From assembly GCF_021864535.1 (NCBI RefSeq), contig NZ_JAKJIC010000012.1, positions 29,343 through 61,342 of the forward strand: DNA of 32,000 bases. The letters run 5' to 3'. The notes under the pieces are model-generated. The model had not been told where the DNA came from, made no database searches, and worked only from the letters and a program-made list of their open reading frames with translations. The position numbers were made by a program, and so were the translations under genes. This stretch comes from Oryzibacter oryziterrae (GTDB lineage Bacteria > Pseudomonadota > Alphaproteobacteria > Rhizobiales > Pleomorphomonadaceae). Positions 24,857 to 32,000 of the stretch are shown here, piece after piece. Position 1 is the stretch's first letter. Each line of letters starts with the position of its first letter.

Positions 24857-26085
24857 TCCGTATTCTGCACACGGCTGATTGGCATATCGGTCAAACTTTA
24901 CGCGGGTTCTCGCGGGAGCACGAGCACCATAAGGTGTTTGAGCGGCTTGAAGAGATCGTCGTGGAGCGAGATGTCGACGCCCTCGTTATCGCCGGCGACG
25001 TGTTTGACAGCCAAAATCCCTCCGGGGAAGCGCAACAGCTCTTCTACAATACGCTCGTGCGGCTGAGCCGCGCACATCCGCGCATGGCTATGGTGATCGC
25101 TGCCGGCAACCATGATGCCGCTGGTCGGTTGGAAGCGCCGCGGCCTCTGTTGGAGGCATTCAACATCCGCGTCGTGGGCAATGTTCGGCGGCGTGAAGGG
25201 CGGGTCGAGGCCGCACGCCATCTCGTTCCTATCGCTGACGCAAGCGGTGCGGTAGCTGCTCATGTGCTTGCAGTCTCCTACCCAACCGCAGCGTGCCTTC
25301 CGAATTTGACACGGCTGGATGGTGAAGCAGGCTCGCCCGTCATCGCTGGCGTGCGAAGCCTCTATGCCGAATTGGTCGATACGTTGCGGGGACCGATGGA
25401 TGGTCTACCGTTCGTCCTAACGGGACACCTCCATGTCGCGGGAGGTATCGAATCGGAAGGCGCAGAGCGGCGAATTCTGGTCGGTGGCCAGCATGCCGTG
25501 CCGCATGACGTGTTCCCGGCAGAAGCGAGCTACGTGGCGCTTGGCCACTTGCATAAGGCTCAGGCTATTGGCCGCGATACCGTCCGCTATTCCGGTTCAC
25601 TGATCCCTTTGTCCGCGACGGAGCTGTCCTACGCGCATGGGGTCACTCTTGTGAGCCTCGACGGTACAGCGGTTCTATCTGAGCACATCTCGATTGACCG
25701 GCCAGTTCCCTTCATCCGCCTTCCTGAAGCGGGCGATATGCGGTTGAGCGAATTTGGTGATCATCTGAAAGCAATGGACCTCTCATCGGACCTACCGCTT
25801 CATGAGCGGCCATTCGTCCAGGTCAGGCTTGCCCGCGAAGGGTTGTCTCCCGGGTTCAGAGAGGAGGTCGACCGCATCGCGGAGAGCTTCCCGGTGCGCA
25901 TCGTCGATACCCGTGTTGCAGCAATACCCGGGGCGTTGAATGACGTGATCATCGCCGATCCTATGATGCGGCTGGCGGAAAGAGATCCGGAGGATCTGTT
26001 CAAGCTTGCATTTGAACGCACCCTCGGCGTCGCCCCGGATGCTGCTCACCTGGATGTCTTCCATCGAGCACGGGCGGAGATATAG
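24853..26085 (+). CDS. sbcD: SbcD/Mre11-family nuclease
   Basis: 410 aa. The ATG at 24853 overlaps the herA stop (ATGA), with ggaggaag upstream. All the phosphoesterase motifs I checked are intact: 'HTADWHIG', 'VIAGDVFD', 'AAGNHD', 'LTGHLHV' and 'ALGHLH'. Confidence 0.92.
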   Translation: MIRILHTADWHIGQTLRGFSREHEHHKVFERLEEIVVERDVDALVIAGDVFDSQNPSGEAQQLFYNTLVRLSRAHPRMAMVIAAGNHDAAGRLEAPRPLLEAFNIRVVGNVRRREGRVEAARHLVPIADASGAVAAHVLAVSYPTAACLPNLTRLDGEAGSPVIAGVRSLYAELVDTLRGPMDGLPFVLTGHLHVAGGIESEGAERRILVGGQHAVPHDVFPAEASYVALGHLHKAQAIGRDTVRYSGSLIPLSATELSYAHGVTLVSLDGTAVLSEHISIDRPVPFIRLPEAGDMRLSEFGDHLKAMDLSSDLPLHERPFVQVRLAREGLSPGFREEVDRIAESFPVRIVDTRVAAIPGALNDVIIADPMMRLAERDPEDLFKLAFERTLGVAPDAAHLDVFHRARAEI

Positions 26086-26087
26086 CC

Positions 26088-29000
26088 ATGCGGATCTTGG
26101 CTATCCGCGGCGAGAATCTGGCAAGTCTTGGCGCTCCCTTCGAGATCGATCTTGCCGCAGAGCCTCTTGCAGGTTCCGGCCTCTTTGCCATCACTGGCGA
26201 GACCGGCGCCGGGAAATCGACTATCCTCGACGCGCTCTGCCTCGCGCTCTATGGCGAGTATCCGCGCGTCTCTGTTAGCCGTCGTGAAAATACCCCCGAT
26301 CCCAGCGGAGAGGCGATTTCAATTCATGATGGCCGGGCGATCCTGCGTCGCGGCGCTGGGAGCGGATATGCCGAGGTGGATTTCGTCGGGCAGGATGGCG
26401 AACGCTACCGCGTTCGCTGGGAGGCCAATCGGGCGCGGGGGCGAGCAAATGGGCGGCTGCAGAATGAGCAGCGCTCGCTGTATCGACTTGACGACGGCAG
26501 TGCGGTGGCGACCGGCAAGACTCAGGTCCGCGAGGCGGTGGAGACGAGAACTGACCTCACATTCGATCAGTTCCGGCGAACGGTGCTCCTCGCGCAGGGC
26601 GAGTTCGATGCCTTCCTGCTCGCCGCCGAGAGCGAGCGCGCGGAATTGCTCGAGAAGATCACAGGCACCGAAATCTACGCAGCGATCTCGGTCCGCGTTC
26701 ATGATGGCACCGACGCACGACGAAGAATTGTCGAGCAATTGGAGCAGCGTCGGAACGACATTGGACTTCTTGATGACGAAGCCATGCAGGCGCTGCTGGA
26801 GGAGCAAAGCCAGCTTGCTTCGACCATTGCTCAAAAAGGTGCTGAGCGCGATCAACACAGCGAGCGATTGGATCATTTCAAGCGCGTCGCTGCTGCTCGC
26901 GGCGATCTCGCACGGGCTGAGGCCCAGGCGGTCGCAGCGCGCGCCGCACGCGAAGCAGCCGCCAATGAGTATCAATCTCTTGCCGAGTTCGATCTCGTCG
27001 AGCCGCTTCGTCCGCTAGCGGGTGATATACAAAATGCACGACGGACGGCAGCGGAGGCCAAGACCCGTCTCGACGGCTTGCTCATTGCGCGCGAGGAAGC
27101 GCGGACGCTGGATGCAGCGTCTACAACGCAACTGGCGGACGCTGTAACCGCCAACGTAGCGGCAGAAGACGTCCTCAAGAACTTCGGTCCCCTTTGGAGC
27201 GACGCCGAGAGGCTCGACGCCGAGCTGACGACAGCTCGGACGGAGTTTAATGATGCGGTGGAAAAATCGCAGCAAGCGGAAGCTACACTGCGCGATAAGG
27301 CCAATGCGCTGGCCACGATTGATCAGGCTCTCGGTCAGACATCAGAATCGTACCGCACAACCGCGGCGCAATTAAGCAATCAATCGGATCGCGTTCTTCT
27401 TGCTGATCGTCTTGGCGATGCGATGGACTTGTTGGCGAAGCGGGGAGCGCTCCAGCAGGAACACGCTACAGCCACGGTGGCGGCCATTGGAGCGGAAGAA
27501 ACAGCGACGCGATTGCAAAGTGAAATAATCACCCTGTTGGAAAAGCTCACCGAGGATCGTGAGCGAAAGAATGGCCTAAGTCGTGAAATCGCTGATCGTA
27601 GAGCCGGTCTTGCCGGCATCGACGAGGCGACGCTCCACGAACGAGACATCGATCTGCAGCGCGCGCTCGAGGCTCTGCGCGAGGCAAGTACCGTCTGCGA
27701 CCGGCATACTCGAGCATCGGCAGATCTAACACGGCGAGAATCGGAACACACGCTGGCGGCGCAAGAGGTAAGCACAGCGAAAAGCCAAATTGTTGAAGCC
27801 GAAGCGGACCAGCTCCGCGATCGGACCGCACGTGCGGAAATTGTTCCAATCGCAGAGCTCGCCGACGAGGCTGTCTCATCTGAGGCCATTCATCTGCGCA
27901 GCCTGCTGGCCCCAAATTTGGCCTGTCCGGTGTGCGGCAGCACCGACCATCCGCATCTTGCGCATCCCAGCGCGCTGAATGAAATTGCTGCTAGGCTTCG
28001 CCGCCGACGCGAAGAACTCGATGCCGCGTTGACCACGACGGGCCAGCGTTTGGACGCTGCAACGCGCGCGCTCTCCGCTGGAGAAGCTCGCCAGACGGAG
28101 ACAAACCGCGGAATCGATGTGGCGCGCGGACAAATTCTGGCTGCCAACAGCGCTTATGGCGAACAGTTGTCGTCCTTGAACGATCTCTGCACGAAGGCTG
28201 GGATCGAGGAGGGTGTACCTCCCGTTCTCGATGACCAGGCTGCGTCGAAACTGGCGGCCCATATCTCAGTCGCGATCGCAGAACGATCAGCCATTGCATC
28301 TCCACTCGCAAACGCGCGCCGTCTTCGGACTGAGATCGACGGTTTGCAACGGGAGCATGACGCGCTCGGCGAGGCGATCGAGACGACCGCGCGGTCCATC
28401 GACCAAAGACGTTCTGATTTCCACGCCGCGCAATTGAAGGCAACTGAGTACACGGTTCAGGCGGCGGGCCTTGCTGAGCGCCTCATTTCCATTCGCCGTG
28501 AAATCACGCCGTTTCTCGCTGCAGCAGGTCTGGCCGTCGATGACCTCGATGTCGATCCCACCGGTGTTAGCGTTACGCTGTCAACAATCGCGACGGAGTA
28601 TGCTGCCCTGCGCGAACAGGTTGGCCAACTTGAAATGACGCTCCAGCGTTTGGCGCCCGAGCGTGCAGCCGCGGGCGCCTCGCTTGAGCACGCGCAGGTG
28701 CAGGTGACGACGACGGCACTTCTTCTTGATCAACGTCGCATGGCCGAGGGAGAGAAGGCGCGCGCCAGAGCTCAACTTCTCGATGGCGAGGCGACAGCAA
28801 GCCACCGGACTCGGATCAATGAGGCTTGCCGGACCACCCGTGAGGCGCTCGCGCTCGCGCGCGAGACGAAATCCGCCACCGATGCAGCGTTCCAGGCGGC
28901 CGGCGCTCGTTGCGACGAGGCCGCCGCTGGATTGGAGACCGCCAAAGGCCGCAGTGCTTTAGCCGAAGAGGCATTCAACGCTGCGTGCCTGGATATTGCT

Positions 29001-29873
29001 CGCTCGTCAGACCAGGTTGCCGCGCTGATCGCAGCCGACCCAGCTTTGAGCAGAGCGTTGCGGGTCCGAATTCAGGAGATCGACCGAGGCGTGAACGATG
29101 CCGGCACCGCAGTGCTTACGCGCCAGAGTGACTTACACCGGGCGTTGGAAGGTTTCGACGAGACCACCGATGCAGAGGCGTTGGCCGCAGTCGTCGCGGC
29201 GTTGGCAACAGAAATCGGAGACTTGCAACAACGGACAGGTGTGCTTGCTGCTACGCTCGCGCGAGACGACGAGGCACGCCGCGCCGCCGCAAATCTATCT
29301 GCGGAAATCGACACCGCGAAAGCGGAACTCGCAATCTGGCAGGCAGTCGACGATGCTGTCGGCTCGGCCAGCGGTGATCGTTTCCGCCGCTTTGTGCAGG
29401 GCATCACACTCGACCACATGGTGCAATTGGCGAATGATCACCTCCACGCATTGACCCCCCGCTATAGGCTCGCGCGGGGGGCAGCGTCCGATCTCACTCT
29501 GCATATCATTGATCGCGACATGGGCGACGAGGTCCGCGGGACGCGAAGCCTGTCAGGCGGTGAACGTTTCCTGGTCTCCCTTTCGCTGGCGCTCGCTTTG
29601 TCAGGTCTCGAAGGACGATCGTCCTTTGTCGACACACTGTTTATCGATGAAGGCTTCGGATCGCTCGATGCGGAGACGCTCGACCTGGCAGTAGATGCGC
29701 TGGAGACCTTACAAGGTAGAGGTCAGAAGGTTGGCGTCATCACGCACGTCGCTGCCATGATCGAGCGGATCGCCGTGCAGGTTCGCGTAGAAAAACGTGG
29801 CGCTGGAAGATCGGAGATTAGAGTTTCCGATGGCATGGGAGCAGCATGGCCTACTACGAGTAGCGCGCAATAG
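26088..29873 (+). CDS. sbcC: SbcC/Rad50-family ATPase with zinc hook
   Basis: 1261 aa, starting 2 nt after the sbcD stop. Walker A 'GETGAGKST' and Q-loop 'LLAQGEF' are present. A very long coiled coil carries 'LACPVCGSTDHPH' (CPVC at 27924-27935). The C-terminal head half has the signature 'LSGGERFLVSLSLALALS', Walker B 'LFIDEGFGSLD' and the H-loop 'GVITHV'. Confidence 0.93.
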   Translation: MRILAIRGENLASLGAPFEIDLAAEPLAGSGLFAITGETGAGKSTILDALCLALYGEYPRVSVSRRENTPDPSGEAISIHDGRAILRRGAGSGYAEVDFVGQDGERYRVRWEANRARGRANGRLQNEQRSLYRLDDGSAVATGKTQVREAVETRTDLTFDQFRRTVLLAQGEFDAFLLAAESERAELLEKITGTEIYAAISVRVHDGTDARRRIVEQLEQRRNDIGLLDDEAMQALLEEQSQLASTIAQKGAERDQHSERLDHFKRVAAARGDLARAEAQAVAARAAREAAANEYQSLAEFDLVEPLRPLAGDIQNARRTAAEAKTRLDGLLIAREEARTLDAASTTQLADAVTANVAAEDVLKNFGPLWSDAERLDAELTTARTEFNDAVEKSQQAEATLRDKANALATIDQALGQTSESYRTTAAQLSNQSDRVLLADRLGDAMDLLAKRGALQQEHATATVAAIGAEETATRLQSEIITLLEKLTEDRERKNGLSREIADRRAGLAGIDEATLHERDIDLQRALEALREASTVCDRHTRASADLTRRESEHTLAAQEVSTAKSQIVEAEADQLRDRTARAEIVPIAELADEAVSSEAIHLRSLLAPNLACPVCGSTDHPHLAHPSALNEIAARLRRRREELDAALTTTGQRLDAATRALSAGEARQTETNRGIDVARGQILAANSAYGEQLSSLNDLCTKAGIEEGVPPVLDDQAASKLAAHISVAIAERSAIASPLANARRLRTEIDGLQREHDALGEAIETTARSIDQRRSDFHAAQLKATEYTVQAAGLAERLISIRREITPFLAAAGLAVDDLDVDPTGVSVTLSTIATEYAALREQVGQLEMTLQRLAPERAAAGASLEHAQVQVTTTALLLDQRRMAEGEKARARAQLLDGEATASHRTRINEACRTTREALALARETKSATDAAFQAAGARCDEAAAGLETAKGRSALAEEAFNAACLDIARSSDQVAALIAADPALSRALRVRIQEIDRGVNDAGTAVLTRQSDLHRALEGFDETTDAEALAAVVAALATEIGDLQQRTGVLAATLARDDEARRAAANLSAEIDTAKAELAIWQAVDDAVGSASGDRFRRFVQGITLDHMVQLANDHLHALTPRYRLARGAASDLTLHIIDRDMGDEVRGTRSLSGGERFLVSLSLALALSGLEGRSSFVDTLFIDEGFGSLDAETLDLAVDALETLQGRGQKVGVITHVAAMIERIAVQVRVEKRGAGRSEIRVSDGMGAAWPTTSSAQ

Positions 29874-29925
29874 TATTAGAAGTGACCTCGGAGTGTTCAA
29901 GTCGGAAGAGAAGGTAGATGAAGGC

Positions 29926-32000
29926 ATGCGGGGCGAAGAGAGCGCGTTTGAGGACGGGACGATCACTGAGGGATCCGCCGTCTTCCGTGTGCTCGACGTC
30001 GAGACGGTTCAAGCCATTAGGGCCGAACAACGCCAGAATGCCCATCGCGACGCCGCGGCGTTTCCCGAACTCCTGGAGAGCTTGAGGACTTTGCTCCGAA
30101 CCTACTATCCGCCCCACCTTATCGCGGTGTTTGCGGGTTGGGGGCTTCGCACCGCCTCAGGGCCTCAGGGCGTCGGGCGCGAATCGATGATCAAAGGTGT
30201 GTCTCAGCATCATGCCGAGCTCCTTCAGGTCATCGCCTTGGCGCTGCCGGCCGCCGAATGGGGGCAAGAGCCAGCGGAGATGGAGGACATCCAAAAAACG
30301 ATCGACGTAACACTCGGACTTGCCAAGGCTTTCGTAGCAAAGCGCATGGTTGCCGCGGCGGCCGTCACCGACCCCTTGGCCGCCACGAAGCTGTCGTTGC
30401 AGGAACGCCTGCGCCAGCATACCCAGATGGTGCGCAACTGGGGTCCCTACAGGATGATGCTCCAGATCCTGTGCGACCTTTACGAGCCGCTCAACGTGGC
30501 GATGCGCGAGCACCATGGTTTCGGCGGGCTCGATGTCATTGCGGTGGCCGAGCACACCGTGGCGGCCATCGAAGCCCAGGTGAACGAGCGCTTCAGGCTA
30601 TTGAAAGACATTTTCAAAGCCCGCGCGATCCCCGAACTCATCTACGATTTCTTCGGCCGCTTTCCAGGCGTCGCCGGCGATCCGGCGGCGTTTCTCTCCG
30701 CGCTCGATCCTGATGAGCCTCTGGAGTCGGTTCGCGCGCGCCTGCTTTCGCACGCCGATCGCTGGCTGGTGGTCAATTCGATCGTGCCTGTTGCGTCCAT
30801 CGCTGCGGCCAGCGGCCTTTCCGAAACCCAAACTCGGGCGGTTTTGGATCGCCTCAGCTTGAGGCCGGGGGACCTGGCAGGGGAAAACCCCGATCATCTT
30901 TTCCTTGCTAACCCGGTATGGACGAGGCCGGGCATCAAGTCGGGAGACCAATATTTCTTCGCCTTCCCGCAGACGACGGTCAGCTTCCTGCATCAAATTC
31001 TCCGCCTGCTGTGCGAGGAAGCCGGCCTGAAGGCCGCTTTGGAACAACGACGGTCGATTTTTCTCGAACAAGAGACGCTCCGCATCGTCAGTCGGGCCCT
31101 ACCAGGGGCCTTGATAAAACCCTCTGCCGAGTGGACATGGCAGAGCGGAAAGTTCGAAACCGATGTGCTTGCGGTGCTGGATCGAACGGTCCTGATCGTA
31201 GAGTGCAAGTCAGCCTCTCTGACGCCGCAAGGGTTGCGGGGCGCACCAGAACGCGTGCGCCGTCACGTCGCCGATCTGATCGCCGATCCTGCCATCCAAT
31301 CGGCACGTCTGGAGAGCGTGATCACTCGAGCGCGCGGCGGTGACCAAGGCGCGCTCGCCATCACCCGCAGTCTTGGCTTTGACCCGGCCGAGGTCGACAA
31401 AGTCATCCGGATTTCGGTTACGTTGGACGATCTAACCGTGCTGGCCTCGGCCGAAAGGGAGCTTAAGGCCGCCGGCTGGGTTCCCGAGGAGCTTGAGCTG
31501 GCAGCGACGCTCAATATAGCCGACCTCACGTGCGTCTACGACATCCTGACCCGCCCGTCGCAGTTTTTGCATTACTTCAGCCGTCGCACGCAGGTGCAGA
31601 GGTCCGCTGACGTCATCGGCTTCGAGCTGGACTTCCTCGGGCTCTATCTCGCCACCAATTTCAGCCTGCCGGCCGCCAGCGGACATCGTCATATCGTCAT
31701 CAGCGAGATGTCTCGGGACGTCGATCTCTATTATCAGAACATCGAAATCGGGCATCCGAGCGACAAACCCGCTCCACGGCTTGATCCCTTTTTCAAGGCG
31801 CTCCTCGACCAGCTCGAGACACGCCGGCCCCGGGGGTGGACTACGATGGCGCGGGACCTTCTCAGCATTGGAGACATCGACGGCCAAGCAGCCTGCGTTG
31901 AATCCCTCGAAGCGTTGCGGTGGAGTGCTTCACACACCCCGGCGGATCCCGATCATCTGAACGTGCTTGTCGCGATGCCGGACGATGCGCCTGACCTCGC
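29926..32000 (+). CDS. Large hypothetical protein with NERD-like PD-(D/E)xK nuclease core (3' end beyond the window)
   Basis: This ORF is not in the supplied track because it has no stop in the window. My manual translation of this reading frame is open from 29791 to 32000. I took the first ATG after the AT-rich gap, at 29926; the in-frame alternatives are ATG 29830, GTG 29893 and GTG 29797. 'SGKFETDVLAVLDRTVLIVECKSASL' (31156-31209 spans E-T-D ... E-C-K) fits the NERD/restriction-endonuclease-like D...ExK core. I recognise nothing in the remaining sequence. Confidence 0.65.
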   Translation, partial: MRGEESAFEDGTITEGSAVFRVLDVETVQAIRAEQRQNAHRDAAAFPELLESLRTLLRTYYPPHLIAVFAGWGLRTASGPQGVGRESMIKGVSQHHAELLQVIALALPAAEWGQEPAEMEDIQKTIDVTLGLAKAFVAKRMVAAAAVTDPLAATKLSLQERLRQHTQMVRNWGPYRMMLQILCDLYEPLNVAMREHHGFGGLDVIAVAEHTVAAIEAQVNERFRLLKDIFKARAIPELIYDFFGRFPGVAGDPAAFLSALDPDEPLESVRARLLSHADRWLVVNSIVPVASIAAASGLSETQTRAVLDRLSLRPGDLAGENPDHLFLANPVWTRPGIKSGDQYFFAFPQTTVSFLHQILRLLCEEAGLKAALEQRRSIFLEQETLRIVSRALPGALIKPSAEWTWQSGKFETDVLAVLDRTVLIVECKSASLTPQGLRGAPERVRRHVADLIADPAIQSARLESVITRARGGDQGALAITRSLGFDPAEVDKVIRISVTLDDLTVLASAERELKAAGWVPEELELAATLNIADLTCVYDILTRPSQFLHYFSRRTQVQRSADVIGFELDFLGLYLATNFSLPAASGHRHIVISEMSRDVDLYYQNIEIGHPSDKPAPRLDPFFKALLDQLETRRPRGWTTMARDLLSIGDIDGQAACVESLEALRWSASHTPADPDHLNVLVAMPDDAPDL

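Noticed and set aside
30138-31343. Track ORFs 30138-30713 (191 aa) and 30918-31343 (141 aa) on the plus strand.
   Set aside because: They are Arg-rich, low-complexity translations. They are out of frame with the uninterrupted reading frame (29926 to the window end), which has ordinary protein-like composition and a nuclease motif.
1-32000. A search by eye for CRISPR arrays, tRNA/rRNA genes, IS elements or transposases, integrase genes, and att-like long direct repeats.
   Set aside because: None was recognised. There are no regularly spaced repeats, no cloverleaf-like segments in the intergenic regions, and no transposase- or integrase-like ORFs in either strand's ORF list.

Overview
High-GC stretch of a conjugative element, alphaproteobacterial or Rhizobiales-like by inference only. 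Contents from left to right follow. (i) A CopG/ribbon-helix-helix backbone gene (13-435). (ii) An accessory block wedged into the 5.9 kb between that gene and trbB (genes at 583-6200), carrying TrmB-, MerR- and Rrf2-family regulators, two MFS transporters, a RidA-like protein, a cupin and an AhpD-like CxxC protein. (iii) A complete, tightly coupled P-type T4SS operon trbB-C-D-E-J-K(alt)-L-F-G-I plus a DUF2274-like gene (6368-15976). (iv) After a visibly AT-richer junction, a same-strand defence island from 16.2 kb to the window end. The island holds an uncharacterised 3-gene cassette: a small acidic protein, a Rad50-like CPVC-hook ABC ATPase with a C-terminal Cys4 ribbon, and a DUF3223/HNH-like protein. 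It also holds an AbiEi/AbiEii pair and a SIR2-HerA pair that is translationally coupled (ATGA overlap) to a full sbcD-sbcC pair. Its last gene is a long ORF missing from the supplied ORF track (29926 to window end) with a NERD/PD-(D/E)xK core. I recognised no rRNA, tRNA, CRISPR array, integrase or att site. The best candidates for something new are the 16.2-19.6 kb cassette and the SIR2-HerA-SbcD-SbcC(-NERD) operon. The latter mirrors the archaeal herA-mre11-rad50-nurA arrangement, with SIR2 where NurA would be.
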